Assembly (NCBI GenBank): GCA_043228905.1 | Contig: JBHGNT010000003.1 | Coordinates: 24,242,001-24,306,000 of the forward strand | From: Azolla caroliniana | Lineage: Eukaryota; Plantae; Polypodiophyta | Direction of reading: 5' to 3' | DNA length: 64,000 bases | Shown here: in pieces, positions 12,981 through 27,700 of the stretch | How the letters are laid out: each line of letters starts with the position of its first letter | Position numbering within the stretch: position 1 is the stretch's first letter | Program-made: the position numbers and the translations under genes | Notes under the pieces: generated by a model | Databases searched by the model: none | The model's input: only the letters and a program-made list of their open reading frames with translations | What the model was told of the DNA's origin: nothing

Positions 12981-14302
12981 TTATCTCTTCGTTCTTTGTT
13001 TGTGGGGGATGGGCATCTCATTCCTACCCTGTGTTACCACCGACATTTCTCATGCTCGTGAGTCTCTACCATTATCTTCGTAGGTGGTTCTTGGTCTTGT
13101 TTATTCGGGGTTTCGTGGGTTGTGCAACATGTGATGCATGGTATTGGGTGGAAACATGTTAAAATTGGTGGTTTTGCTCTGTTCCAATGAGTGTAGGGGT
13201 CTCTTGTCTTTTTGGCATGGTTGATTTGCACCTCCAAAGTTCTCAAAAAATAGAATCCAAAGACATGGTTGGGTCTTTGAATTCCATAACATGGGTGCAA
13301 TGGTGCAAACCACCCTTTGAAACTATCTACCTCATATGTCATATTGTATCATGCATCTATGTCTAAATGATCTTCTAACACTCTTTCTCTGCTGCATAAT
13401 TAATAAAGCCTACTCTCATTTATTGCCTTTTCTCATCTATCTATCTATATTCTAAGCTTGTGTAAATATGTGCATATGTTGTTTGCTAGTTTTTGAAAGA
13501 CCATAAATAAATAAGATATGTATCCATATATCTAGGGTAGATGGAAAACTTATTTGGATATAATTTAAATAACAGGTATCTCATAACATCTCATCATTGC
13601 TAGTGGGAAGTTGGGGTTAACTGATATTCTATTAGTGTTTAGTCGCCAAGAAAAATAAAGAGTGTCATGTGTGTGTGCACGCGCGCATGTGTGTGTTTGT
13701 TATTGCTTTGTTTAGGCTATGAAAAAAGATATATATTTGCATGAGAAATGAGCAAGTTCTAGATTGCTTAGGGTGTTTGGTATTTATGTCAATTTAAGAT
13801 GATCAACACATGCAAGAGATTCAAAATCCCTTAGAGTTTATGGGGTATCTAATAGTAGATACATCAAAATAAGGAACCATGCAACCGTGAAGATCCTTGC
13901 TCCCACACACGATATCAAAGTGATGTACTAAACTTAGATGGATGACCTTTCTATAATATTTGTTGTTGAATCATGTATGTGAGTCGTGTAGATGGTTGCT
14001 TGTTGTTTCGCGAAGGAGGATAAATGATAACAACACAATGCAAGTCCCAAGCAGGTATATGTCAATGTCAATGTCTAATAGCCATCCTCGCATACCTTTT
14101 CACTTTTTTTACTTCACACCAATGAACTCCATCAATGATCACAATATAACTCCCCCTTATTCTTGAGTAAGGAATGGTTTCTCTTCAGTTCCCTTCTTGC
14201 AAATCCTCTCTTATTGTTAATAGCGGTGTTTTGAATGAGTTCAAACCACGAAATGTCGCCAAAAGTTACATGGTGATCTAGTACTTTGTTTGCTAACTTG
14301 CT

Positions 14303-14376
14303 TGCGGGGTGGAGTAAATGGCCAACTCATGAAGCTCATGACCCGAAGACTGCGGGTTCAAACCCTGCCCCCGTAC
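14303..14376 (+). pseudogene. trnfM: Organellar (mitochondrial-type) tRNA-fMet(CAU)-like sequence, probably a NUMT pseudogene
   Basis: Cloverleaf: acceptor TGCGGGG/CCCCGTA, D-stem GAGT/ACTC, loop CTCATGA with CAT at 14337-14339, T-arm GCGGG-TTCAAAC-CCTGC. It closely resembles plant mitochondrial trnfM as I recall it. The anticodon stem TGAAG/CCCGA has 3 mismatches. Confidence 0.75.
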
Positions 14377-17300
14377 TACATGTTGTCAATAGTAAAAAAC
14401 CAAATGAAGATTATTGTATAATATCTCTCAAACTAACATAACTTTGCTGTTTCAATTAGTTTTTGTTGCTCAACCTTTTTACTACATGCAATAATTCTCG
14501 TGCATTTTTATTACTCAATTGCCTTGCTTTCATGCTTTCTTGTTTGCAAGGAAAACTCCATGGTGTAATTGTTGATATGGGCCTTTTCCTCCCCCTCCAT
14601 GTATCCCTACGGACAATTTTCAATTGCAATTAACTTATGGTCATATTGAGACTAGTATCGGTGAATGAGTATGTTGACATTCATTAAAATGTTGGAGAAA
14701 TGTTGATCTTACTCATTGGATGAAAAGGAATAACTTTGAAGGAATGTACATGTTTTCTTAATTTCACAGTAACTTCTTATAACTCATTCCATTCATGAGA
14801 GAAAACTTGGTTGATTAATAAATATATTATTCTCGTACACTGGTGAGAATCATGTCAACCTTGAAGAGGACAGAACTAGTGTTTAAACACTCGATGAAGT
14901 TGGTATATAGGGGTCATTTTTAAGGTGGCTTCAAGTTGTGAGGTTGCTAGGTTGCTTGGAATAAGATAAAGCACTTTTGGGACTAGTCTAGTTACACATT
15001 GGATCGGTGACCCTTTGAAGTTCGATCCCCTCAGAGTATTTTTCATCTCCTCGACTTTTTAAATAGATCACACATGACTTTTTTGTAGTGAGCATTTCAC
15101 AAGTTGCTTTGCCTCCATGATATGCTATAAGAAAGCAAGCATAAAACTATAACGTGATTATACTCCTTCGCCAGTACATAGTTTATCACACAAATGACGT
15201 GGATTGCACAGCTACATACCAATATAACACTTGTGATTGGCTACATATATATATCTCAAAATGGTTATAATTATTTTTATTGTAATTGTAAAAGTAACCA
15301 TACATTTGGGATGTCTTAAGGTTCTATTAATATAGCCTCAAATGTCACGGTATGTCAAACAACTAAAATCAAGGTACCGAGTGATGATTTTATGCACAAA
15401 AAATTAGGATAAACATTGCCTAAATTCTTAGATATCATGGTGAGCTAGCAAATATAACGTAAATCATAAGACAATGTTCTTCGCAATAATAAAACTAGTC
15501 CAAATATGGTATCTACATGTTTTTATTTGTTTACTTGGATTTATGTATCAATTATGATGCATGCAAATCAACTCGTTGTCCCCAAATTATTTATACAAAT
15601 CCTTAGTAATCATGGTAATTGCCCGAACAAACTTGGTACTTTAAAGGGGAACAATAAAGTGTTGTGCCTTTTTAAAGGTTTGACAGCGAACAAGTATCTA
15701 CTTTTTTCTTTATTTTTTCTTGGCCCTTTTCATTTTTTATAGGTGATTTGTAAATAATAGTCTTTTTGTCCCCATTTTTGCATTGAGTAGACATTATTCT
15801 CATAAAGTGATCAAGAGCATGGCTATGTATGAATGAGAAACTTGCACACTTATCTTTCATGTTGATGGTATGCACCACTAATATCTTATATATCCACTCC
15901 TAGGCAAACACAATTTTTCATATACACATGTATATGTTATGGGCAACAAGTATTTTCATTGTTAGTAAGTCAATGTGATGCTAGTAGTTTGTCTTCATAA
16001 ATTTTTTTCCAATGCATTATAGTAATTTGACATCTTCTTACTTTATAATAATATTTAGCATTTGATGGACTCAATGTCCAAACTACTTTGAAAGACATCA
16101 AGCCAACATATAATACAGAATTGCATGATAACCTGTAAAATAATAGTATGTATGACAAGTCATAAATTGACTTCTCAACAGCCTCAATAAGTCATATTTA
16201 TGTTTTTTTATTTATATTGTCGTGTTATGTATTATTAAATGCTTTAATTGATTTGTGACAAATCGTAAAGAAAAACTGTTAAAGACCCTATATTACATTT
16301 TTTCCCGTAATATCAGTACGTGTTTACCTCTAAATGCCATTGGGTCAACTTCATAATCTTTCTCACTCCCCATTCACACTTACCTTTATTTGTGCACTAT
16401 ATATTGGCGCATTCTTTGTACATTAAAGAATTCGAGCACATGATTAGCATATAGTTCTCATTGAATGAATACATACATACCACAGAGAGATTCTATTATC
16501 ACCTTTAGAGGCCAAATATTAAAGAGAGAGAGAGAGAGAGATTTCATTTAGATTGTAGGAGGTCAATTATGACACATGGAACAAACCATGAATCGTTTTT
16601 GCATATATGTGGAATTAAGTACTTGCTCTTCATGTTCGAGAACTTTACCAATAAATGTTGCAATCAACAATGCACATTGTCGATTATCAAAGGATAGTGT
16701 TTAGGGAGTACACCGGGTTGGTAATATGTGGAAAGGAAATTTTCAAATACAATGTATATATCAAACTGTGAATCTCTTATTCCTTAATTTATTCGTGACA
16801 AAACATGCATTGCTTAAAGAATTTGCAGTGTGGTGCAATGCATGCAATATGTTCTATAAAGTGTGAGTTCCAGATCTCTCCAAGTTGGCGATACATTCAT
16901 GTTGTAAAAAAACGTAGTTCGTTAGGGCACCTATTGGGACATTGTGGAGCAAGTGTAGAAAAAGCTTCATTAGTGTAATCCCCCCATATTGTAATTTACT
17001 TTTCAATATTTCGAATTGGATTGTTTTGCCTTTGAGCTTTCTGTATATTTTGACCCTCTTGACTTGCCTTTGATGCAATTCTTTGTTTAACCTTAAGTAT
17101 TATTCAAGATTTAGTACATTTGGTGGAAAGAATCTTAAGGACAACGTATTTGGAGATTTATACGTTCAATAGGATAGGTAATTTATTGCACTAAAGTGGC
17201 TCATTATTGACCACGATACATGGTTCATTCTAGTTGAGAGTTTTATCAAGCACCTTCTAATTGTTTGTTTCTTTGTCAACACTCATTTTCTTCGAGTTGC

Positions 17301-17489
17301 TTGTATTGATGTTTTCATTTGATACGATGATAGAAAATACATTTAGCTTTGCATGACAAGTGGTAAGCGCGATGTGCATCCATTTTGCATGCAAGCATTA
17401 GGACAACTTTCTAAGTTAAGAGGTATTTTTTTCTGATGAAAGGAGCTTTTGCGAGTGAGTTTTTTCTTTTGGAAGTTGTGCGATGCCAC

Positions 17490-17772
17490 GATCACATCCA
17501 TTAACCACGTGCATGACCATGATATGATACATCCATGATCTACATGTACGACCACGTCGTTGTCTACATCCATTGACCTTGACCCATGCCTTTATACATC
17601 CATAAACTACGTGCATTCCCATGTTATGATCCAATGCATGACCATGCCGTAATCTACATCCATGGACTGTGACTCATGCCTTTATACATCCATAAAACAT
17701 AATGCATTCCCATGCTATGATCCACATGCACAACCATTCCATCATCTACATCCATGACCCATGTCTTTATAC
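17490..17772. repeat. Degenerate tandem repeat built on TACATCCAT/CATG motifs
   Basis: tctacatccat...gac.catgcctttatacatccataaa...tgcattcccatg.tatgatcca is repeated with a period of about 80 bp. Confidence 0.7.
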
Positions 17773-20162
17773 TCTCCCTTTATGATATTAGATGAGCAAA
17801 TGCCAACAATGTTCTCCCTTTACTTGATGTTAAAAGGAGGTTATATGCAAAAGTGGGGTCACACTAAGATACATGCATTAATTATTTGTCCCCTATGTCA
17901 TCTGAGTACATTCAAAACGGCTCATAATTGAACTATCAAGTCAAATGACTACTTAGGGAGGTGTTACTTCCTACATACGTGTAATGCCTTGTTGTTCTCT
18001 AGGGACAACTTCCCAAACGCAAATAGACATATGTACATGAATTTTTCCTTTACAAATATCTGTTACATGGCTTTTGACAACAATGTAAATGTGGCCAAAT
18101 GGTCAACGAAGTAGCCTCTAACATTTACATTGTGGCGTTGCCTCTATTGACTTCTTGACTCAATTCCATGCATTGTGTTCTACAACTTTAAATACGTTAT
18201 TTAGGTGATATGAAGCTCCGTGGTTTCGCTCTAGTACTTGATGAGAGGTATATTCAACATTCTCTCTTCTCATTAACACCTAAATCTCCTTTTCATAAAA
18301 ATGTACTAGCCTTATCAAATGACATCGGATCAATTTGGTTTCTCTAAGACTTGCATATTGTCTGACGCACTTGCAAGTTAATGGCATAGTTGTTCCAATT
18401 GAGTATGGAGTGAGACTATTTCCTCACACATGGCTATTAAGGTGTTAAGTTTGGCAGTGTGAAAACGTGTTTGGTAGCATGGTTGGGGGATTTCCTATAA
18501 TGTTCAATCTTCATAAATAAAGTAACTATGTCCTTTGTTAGACTAAGACAAGCCAAAGGGTTCGTGATTGACAATAAAAGTTGTGAGTTCCTAATCACAT
18601 TCTGAGGCGTTTCCCTAAGCACATATCTTTCTCCACACTAGTGAGATATGGATCAATATATTGGTCATTTGGTGAGTGTGAAAAGGATCAAAAGGCCATA
18701 ATTTTAAATAAGAAAAGTAAACATGACTACAAATGCTATGGAACTAGATTATCGTGACAATGACCGTCAGTCAAGCTACCCACATAATAGGCCATTAAAG
18801 TCAAATGACACGATAATGGCTTGTCATGCAACATATATTGTTTACATGAATGGTGCAACTGGATAAGGAATTTACATGAAAGAAAAAACACAAGAAAACC
18901 AATTGTAATTGCTCTTTTGCATGAGTATCTATATTTCAATGTTTGTGGTTTAATTAGTATGCAATTGTAATCTATAGTATTGTATTGATTTATTTTTATT
19001 GCCCCTCGATTCATATCCTCATGGTCACCCCTTGGTTTACACAATGAGTTCATAAAAGGTCAAAACAAGGATGTTAGGATTAGAAGGTCATTTAGAGTGT
19101 CATTGCGATCTTCTACTACAACGTCCTCGTGATATATTAACTTAACTAGTCCTCATTGTGTTTGTCATGGTAAGAATTCATGATAAAAGAGCAAATCAAC
19201 ATGCATGTTCAAATTGACTAGTTGGACACATAAAATACCATTGCCTTATGCAACAATCAAACGCTAAGGGAAGTGCATGATAACCAACCAATTTGGGGCT
19301 ATGAAAATTGACAAATGCAAACCCTTATGCAACCAAGGAGATGTGTATGAATGTAAACCAACAATGAAAAATGGTAGTTAACGTGAAAAGTGCATTGATG
19401 TGGTTATTGACATAGTTGAGAAAATCACAAGCGCAATGTGCATAAATGTAGCCATATAGGCAAGCTTTGACATGCTCCATCGATGCCCCCAAATGATACT
19501 TCATTAACACTTACAAGGTGTCTCTTTGACCAAATAAGTTGTCGAGTCTAAATTTGTGTTCTATGCTTAGTTGAATTTGATGACAAGTGCCACAACTAAT
19601 CAAACCATTGAACATCGTGAATGGTTTTTAGGTGGCCGTGGCATTCACCAACCCTAGTACGATGCCCTTATTACTAGGCACATACAATCGATGTTATTGT
19701 TGCCTTTGTCATGAATTTGTTAGTGGTGAGGTAGTGGTTTTAGGAGTGGGGGCTAGGGACATTGCACGAACCAGGGGCTTAGAATGAGGAAAGCTCATAT
19801 TGGCCGGGGTGTGGGATGAGAGATTTGAGCTTCAAGGCGAACACCTTATTGATGCACCGCTTCCATTAGTTGTTCAGAGAAGCATTGTAGGGACAAAGGC
19901 CATGCTACTTCGGTTGAGCGTGGGTACTAGAAACATCATCACACTCATGGATGACCATTTGATACACTAGTATATTCTCTTCATGCAATCATTGACATCT
20001 AAGATTCATGCTATCGTTGAATTCCATGACCATGCCATTAACTAGTGATCCAATAACTATACACCATACATCATATATGTATCCATGGTTTATGTATGAG
20101 ATATCCTATATATATATTCATAGCATACCATGACCATAGGCACTCTTCCATCTTATGTCCAA

Positions 20163-20274
20163 CCATTGCGAATTTAAATTGAGTTGAATTTTCTTAATTA
20201 TATACCATTGCAAATTTAATTGAGTTGTATTTTCTTAATTATACAATTGCCAATTTAATTGAGTTGTATTTTGA
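20163..20274. repeat. Three ~40-bp tandem copies upstream of TCTP
   Basis: attgc.aattta(a)attgagttg.atttt(cttaattata) occurs three times. Confidence 0.85.
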
Positions 20275-20440
20275 CAAATAAAAGACAGCAAATTTGAATC
20301 AACATATTTGTGGGTTGGCGTGAATGCAAGGTTTAGAGAAAGTAAAAGAAAAAGACGAATGGAAACGAATTCTCCTTCGTTAACAAAAAAAACACAAGAG
20401 GCACCGGATCCTGATCGATGGTTAGAACGATGCCGCGTGG

Positions 20441-20491
20441 CACGTGAAGACATAGATCGGACGGTCTACGAGAGCTAGCGAAAAACCCTAG
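20441..20491 (+). promoter_or_regulatory. Putative TCTP proximal promoter motifs (G-box and telo-box)
   Basis: CACGTG at 20441-20446 and AAACCCTAG at 20483-20491, about 170-215 nt upstream of the ATG and followed by a (CT)n leader. Motif match only. Confidence 0.4.
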
Positions 20492-20656
20492 GTTGTTCTT
20501 ATGGCGATGGCGAAAGACCTTACAGAATTCTCTGTGTCTCCCCCAGCAGTAGAGGAAGAGACTTCAGAAGAAGGGAGAAGACGAAAGAGGAGAGCCTCTC
20601 TCTCTCTCTCTCTCTCTCTTCCCTGTCTTCACCCTTTCTTCGTCGACTTCATCATC

Positions 20657-22889
20657 ATGTTGGTGTATCAGGATCTGCTCTCAGGTGTGTGTTTATTCCC
20701 TCTCTCTCTCTCTCTCTCTCTCTCATACACGCGCGCGCGCGCGCACACACACACACACAAACTCAGATCTTGTTTTTCCTGTCTCACTACTCGTTCTGTG
20801 CGGTCATTTTTTCTCCGACACGCATTTCCGTTAATCTCGTCTTCACCCTGGAATTCTTCTCCGGTTCATCACGTTTTGTGCCGAATGTTGTTCCCATTCA
20901 TCTCGTTTTATGCAGGGCCTTGTTTGCATACACTGCTGCTGTGTAGTGTGGATTATGTTTTTGTGCATTGCATTTTTGGTTAGGAAGCGCTTGTATCCGC
21001 CTTGAATTTGGAATGGAAACTTGTTTCGAGTTATCTTCATCATTGTTAAGCCTCAAGGAACGTTTTTAGATCTAATGATCATTCTAGTTCTAATATCATA
21101 TTTCACCATTATTTTGTATTTTTTCGTTATATCTTAATGTATCCTTCGGAGTGGCATAGATTCTATGCTTATCCCAGAAGGTTTCTGTTTTGGTTTTAAA
21201 AAGCTTCCGTAGTTTCAACATCAGACAGCGTTTTCTTGATTGTTTGATCCTTCCGTATCTAGAGTATGCTCTGTTTGTGATGTTCCTTTTCACGTAGATT
21301 CTGTTATTTATTATATGTCTCTTTGTTTCTACCCTGAATTTCTTATTTCGGTTCTCCATTCCTATGTAAATAAAATTTCATGTAGGTGCGTATGAACTCT
21401 CTTTGATCGAATATTCTCTTGTTATATTGAAATGCGTTGAGTTCTATGCTTTGCGTTCATCATGATTAGTGAATCAGTGAATGTATGCCAAATTTGGTAT
21501 TAATCAAAGATTTCTTTCATGAATTATTTGTTGCCAGAAATCTTTCTGTATTAATGGATCATGGAATTTGGAATTATTTGCAGGTGATGAGCTTCTTTCA
21601 GATTCTTTCCCTTACAGGGAGATACTGAATGGTATCTTGTGGGAAGTGGATGGAAAGGTAAATTGCAGTTTCATGTTATTTTGGTGCCACTTCAAAAGCT
21701 AGTGCATTTTTATTTCAAAGTTTTTGTGATACTTTCAGAATTTTGGAGTATTCTTGTTTAAAAAAGTTTTGTTTATGTTCCATTCACTGGAATTGGTTTA
21801 TGATGGTTTCATTTGTGTAGTGGGTTGTGAAAGGTGCCCTGGATGTTGACATTGGAGCCAATCCATCTGCTGAAGGAGCAGAAGATGATGAAGGTGTTAA
21901 TGATGAGGCTGTGAAAGTTGTTGACATTGTTGATACTTTCAGACTCCAGGTCAGTACTGTAAAGTATATTAGCGAGGTGCATGTGTTCTGTAAAAGTTAT
22001 GTGAATGTTACAAGTGAATTATATGTTGATTGTTTATGTGAAGCCTAAGTATGTTATATTGTATTGTAGCAATGTTACCTTTTAGAAAGGGATGTATCTG
22101 GATAGCTGTTTGATGGCCCCCTACGCTACTGTTGTCAGTGTTTTATAGTTTAGGAGCAATGCTAGCTCAAGAAATGTGCATATAATTGCTCAATACCCAT
22201 CCTTGTTGGTGCATACTATTGTAATATAGCAGTAATGCAATGATGCATGTATATATCTGGATAGCTTGTTTATTGCTCTTCATCTTGCCACTTATTTCAG
22301 GAGCAACCATCCTTCGACAAGAAGACCTTTGTAGCTTACATCAAGAAATATATCAAGAATCTCACCCCTCTAGTGGCAGAGGAGAGGCAAGAGGAATTTA
22401 AGAAGAGTATTGAACCTGCTGTGAAATGGCTAATGTCCAAGTTGAATGACTTGCAATTGTAAGCTTGTATAAGATATACATATGCATATGCGGGTAATTG
22501 TATATGTTGTATATATACATATGTGCATGTAGAATCCATGCAAATGTGTATACCTTATTGATATACTGTGCACATGCATATACATATATATTGAGATTGT
22601 ATACTGATACACATTATACATGTATACATGGCAATGTAAGTTGTCTTTGTACTGATGTATACATTTTATGTACATATGTATGAACAAACTCTGATACATA
22701 CATATCAATATACACATATGCATAACAAATAAGTATCTTGACCCTGATAACGTTTTTGTTGGTTTATGCAGTTTTGTCGGTGAAAGCATGAAAGATGATG
22801 CATCATTGGTGTTTGCTTACTATAAGGATGGTGCAACTGATCCGACATTTTTATATTTTGGTGATTCGTTGAAGGAGGTGAAATGCTAA
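20657..22889 (+). CDS. TCTP: Translationally controlled tumour protein (TCTP), 168 aa
   Basis: Exons 20657-20684, 21584-21657, 21821-21949, 22301-22458 and 22772-22889 (507 nt, all GT-AG) give [20 protein letters not shown]...[11 protein letters not shown]...[15 protein letters not shown]...FFVGESM...LKEVKC*. Confidence 0.97.
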
Positions 22890-24782
22890 AAAATGGTTAA
22901 TGTGCTGCAATGAGAGATTCTGTTTGGAAGAAAGCTGAAGTTTTATCTCAACATGAAATCAAACAAATGCTCTTTTTTATCCAAGCAGAGCAACAATGTT
23001 TTTTTGTCTTCAGATTTGTAGGCTGATTTCGTGTAACGGAGACTATTTATAATGAGCTGATTTTTTTATGTTTAATTGTTTTACCTGTCTCGATTTGTCA
23101 TTTTAGTAAGCTGCTCAAACTGGCTGCAATAATTCATGTAAAATGTGCAGTTAAACTTTCAGTTTTTGCTACAAATGCAAGTTTGTAATTCTTCTTGATT
23201 GTATTCATGCCATGGGGGAGGATATGTGGTTTGAGTGATATAGATTCAGCCACGAGTCTATAATTAATTATACTTCACAATATATAGATATCCAGTTGTC
23301 ACACTTCAAAGTTCTTTCTTACTGTCAAATTTACGTAATTATTAATGTGTAGTCATCTCTGTGTCGAATCTAAATTATTCTTTTCCATTCCGCCCTTGCT
23401 CTCTCAAAAGGTGTTACATCATTCATTTTGTGCTTTCTTTTTGGAACTACCCTATTGCCTGTCGTGGGTTTTGGTAGTTTTCTGTGTTTCCTATTCTTAT
23501 GAATATTTTATTAAGGGTTCCCTGATGGAAAGTCTATGGAATGAGGGGTAATTAAACTTTGAAAACAGTACTGTGAGAGTTGACCAATAAAATAGAGTGA
23601 AGGAGACTGTACCATAAAACATTACCAACGAATTAGAAAAGGGAGTGGTACAAAGAGTGGGAAGAAGACTAATGTTAAGATCAGAAATACAAGCAAATCA
23701 AGCATGGTTCCATACAACAAATCTATGTTCTTGTCATCTTCTCATGCAATAAATTTGTTCTATTAAGCTAGAGCATAAGTATGTTGTGTCAGAATTTAGT
23801 CGACTTTAAAACTATAGCTGATTGTAAAAGAAGAGGGAATTTACTGTATGTAGTAGATGATGTTGTATATGTTTTTGTAAGGTTAGACCCTTTCATTGTG
23901 AAGACAAAGAAAATGATGGGTGTGTTGATATTATAAGATGGTAATTGTCTTTTTAAGGATAACTTGTAACCTATATTGATGTCCCCTCTTTAAACGCAAT
24001 ACAAGTTTTTGACAACCGCAAGATTGTTGCCTGTTACATTAGCCCTTAACAAGTATTGGTGGATTCCTAGGACAAAATCCACATTTCTCTGTACATGAGT
24101 GTATATGTTGATGGGTGTAAATTTGACCCTTCTTATACTATATTGCAGTTCCTTGTCATTTCACAATCACCTCACATCTTTGCAAATATCATAACATAAC
24201 CCTTTGATTTCTAAGGAAAGGCTTTTCAATTGGATGGGCTCGCGTCCATGTTATCTCCAAAGTTGAGACATAAGCCTATGGCGTCTCAATAGAGGGATTT
24301 CATTGTAGGCCAACCATTATATAGGTACCTATTTTGAATGTCTAGAGATATAACTTGTGTATCACTTAGTATGACTTTCGCAACAAGTTGGATCGTGCAA
24401 TTACCACAAAAGGGATGTGATACTTAGTGTTAGTGTATCTAGACCTTTCATCTTAGGTAAGTTAGACATACCTTCGACAATGTTATCGATCAAGTATGAT
24501 TCCTAACACAACTACTCACATTGATATTTTTATTTTATTTATTTTTTTGTCCTCCAAAAAATCACATTGACATTTTGCGAACTATAAGTGCGAGCTTCAA
24601 CTTCTTTATGTTCTTTGGAATGTTCCGTCAAAATTCATCCCAAAACCTCATGGGTTCCTCTTGTACCTCACCTCTTGTTCTTAAACCCAACCATGGATCG
24701 TCCTTTGTGGGTCCTAAGTGATTTTGTCTTGTAACGACATGATTGAACCAGAAAATCGAAATCTCTCAAGGTTTTCCTGGCC

Positions 24783-27700
24783 ATGGGGCATTTGCAAAAC
24801 AGAGCCCCTCTGTCAACAAGAGACACTATTTACAACCTTCTTCAAGAATGTGTCAGAAAGAAAGACATGGTTTTGGGAAGGCCGATACATTCAGTTATGG
24901 TCACTGTTGGTTTGGATTCAGTTTCTGTGCTTGCGGAGTTTCTCATTCATCTTTATGCTTCTAATGGAGACTTGAAAGAGGTAGATTCAGTGTTTTCCAA
25001 TATCTCTGAACCTAGCTCGCACACATGGCAGGCCATTATTTCTTCCCATATCAAACTTGGAGCTCACAAGAAGGCTCTTTTGATCTACCATGATATGATT
25101 AATAAACATAGTGCATTACCCAATAGGTTCATATACTTGTGTGCTCTGAAGGCATGTTTCTCTTTTGAAACATTTCATGAAGGGATGTATATACATAGTG
25201 AGATTGTGAAGAATGGGTTGGATATGCATGATGTTGTTCTTGAAACTATGCTTGTGGATATGTATGGGAAGAGTGGAAAGTTAATGGAAGCTCATAGTGT
25301 GTTCATTCATTGTATGCAATATGATGCTATTCTTTATGGAGCACTGATTTCAGGGTACGTTCAACATGGACAATGTCTTCTTGCTCTTGCGCTTTTTGAA
25401 GAAATGAAAGTTAAAGGCCTAAATCCAGATCGATTCACATATTCATGTATATTGAAAGCATGCGGTAATAGTAAGACCCTCAAACAAGGAAGAGAAATAC
25501 ATGATAGGATCATAATATGTATGCTGGAATCAGATAAAGTGATATGCTCTACTCTCATTGATATGTATGTTAAGTGTGGAAACTTAGAAGATGCTTGCAA
25601 AGTATTTGAATCAATTTCTATCAAAGATGATGTTTTGTGGAGTACCATGATCACAGGATATGTTCAGTATGGAAATGGACTTCTTGCACTTGATCTCTTT
25701 GAGAAAATGAAAAAGGAGAACCAGCATCCTGATAAAGTGATATATTCCTCCTTAATAAAGGCATGTGCCCTTATTGGAGGTGTTGGAAAGGGGAGGATAT
25801 TGCATAGAAACATAGTTAGGGACGGTCAGGAAAGCGAGGAAGCAATTTGTAATTCACTTATTGACATGTATTCTAAGTGTGGATGCATTGAAGATGCTGA
25901 CAAAGTCTTTCAGGGAATGGCAATACGAAGCGATGTATCATGGAATACAATGATCACTGCTTATACTGAACATGGAAAATGTGATCTAAGTATTAAGTTA
26001 TTTCATAAAATGGGAGAAAATGGTACATTTAGGGATAATGTCTCAATGGCAACCACTCTAAAAGCATGCAGCAGTTCAAGAGCATTGCAAGATGGAAGGT
26101 TGATACATGACCATGTTTCAAAAATAGCAATGGAATCAGACATAATGGTTCATAATACCTTGATTGACATGTATGCAAGCTGTGGAAAATTGGATGATGC
26201 ATTCAACATATTCGGTAGAAAGTTGCCACGAGATGTGGTTTCGTGGAATGCCATAATCGGAGGTTATACTCAACATGGACACCCTCAAGATGCCTTCGTT
26301 CTATTTTCTGAGATGATACAAGACACTCACGTGAATGTTGATAAAATCACATTTTCTTCCATATTGAACTCATGTGCTGATTTGAGGGCAATCAAAGAAA
26401 GTTTCTTAGTAAATTCTCTGATATTGGAATGCAATGTTGATTCAGAGATTGTGGTTGGAAGTGCACTTGTCGACATGTATTGCAAATGTGGGCTCCTCGA
26501 AGAGGCAGATAGAATATTCAGTAAGATACCGAATAGGAATGTTGTATCATGGAATTCAATAATTACAGGATATACCCAAGAGGGGTGGGGCTTTTGTGCT
26601 CTCAAACAATTTGAAGACATGGAAGCACAGGATGTTAAGCCTGATTCAGTCACATTTTTGGCAGTGCTAAGGGCATGTGGAATGATAAGAGCAGCAGCCG
26701 AAGGGAGATGGGTTCACCACCAAATCATTTTTAGTGGATGTAATGCTGATGAATTAGTTGGTAATGCTCTAATCGATATGTATGTGAAATGTGCAAGCCT
26801 GGAAGAGGCTCTTTGCGTCTTCGATAAGCTTCCAAAAAGAGATGTTGCCTCTTGGAATATAATCATAGGAGGTTATACAGGAAGAGAGACTGGCTTGATT
26901 GCATTTAAACTTTTCCACAAAATGCAAGAAGAAGAAATAGAACCAGACCACATTACTTTTTTATGCATTATCAAAGCGTGTGCAAGTTTAAAGGCAATAG
27001 ATGATGGCAAGCTTTTTCATACTTGCATCATAAAATTGGGGCTCGAGCAGATTGCTGCTATTAACGGTGCTCTTCTGGATATGTATGCTTGTTTTGGTTT
27101 ACTTGAAGAAGCCCAAAAAGTATTTCAGAATCTACACTCTCACGATATTGTTTCATGCAACGAAATGATTGCAGGCTATGTTGATAATGGGCATACTGTT
27201 TCAGCCCTTAATATTTTCAAAGACATGAAAGAAGAGGGCATACAACCTGACAAAATCACATTCTCAAACATTCTTCGAGCTTGTCAATGTGTAGAGGCCT
27301 TAGAAGAAGGAAGGATAATACATTATCAAATAACTAGGAGTACAGCAAGCATGGATGAAGTGGTTGGCAGCACACTCATTGACATGTATGTTAAGTGTGG
27401 AAGCTTAACTGAAGCAAGACAAGTATTTGATGAATGGCCGAGTCGAGATATGGTAATGTGGAGTGCTATGATTGGAGGCTATGTCTCACGTGGACTTTGT
27501 CTTGCTGCTGTTGAGCTTTTCTCATGCATGCTTCAAGAAGGATTAAAGCCAGACATTATTATATTTGCTTGCATCTTGAAAGCATGTGGAACAATTGGCG
27601 TTTTCACACAAGGACAGATGATACATGATGAGATAATTGAAGCAGGGCTAGAGCTGGATGCCAACATACAAACAAGTCTTATTTATATGTATGGAAACTT

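Noticed and set aside
14303-14376. Functional nuclear tRNA-Met gene
   Set aside because: The anticodon stem has three mismatches and the sequence is organellar in type.
14983-15035. Possible tRNA-derived SINE (A-box-like TAGTCTAGTT, B-box-like GTTCGATCCC)
   Set aside because: Only short motif matches; there is no cloverleaf, tail or TSD.
20501-20983. 160-aa ORF over the TCTP start
   Set aside because: It is read-through of the CT-rich leader, exon 1 (MLVYQDLLS) and intron 1. The spliced model gives the canonical 168-aa TCTP.
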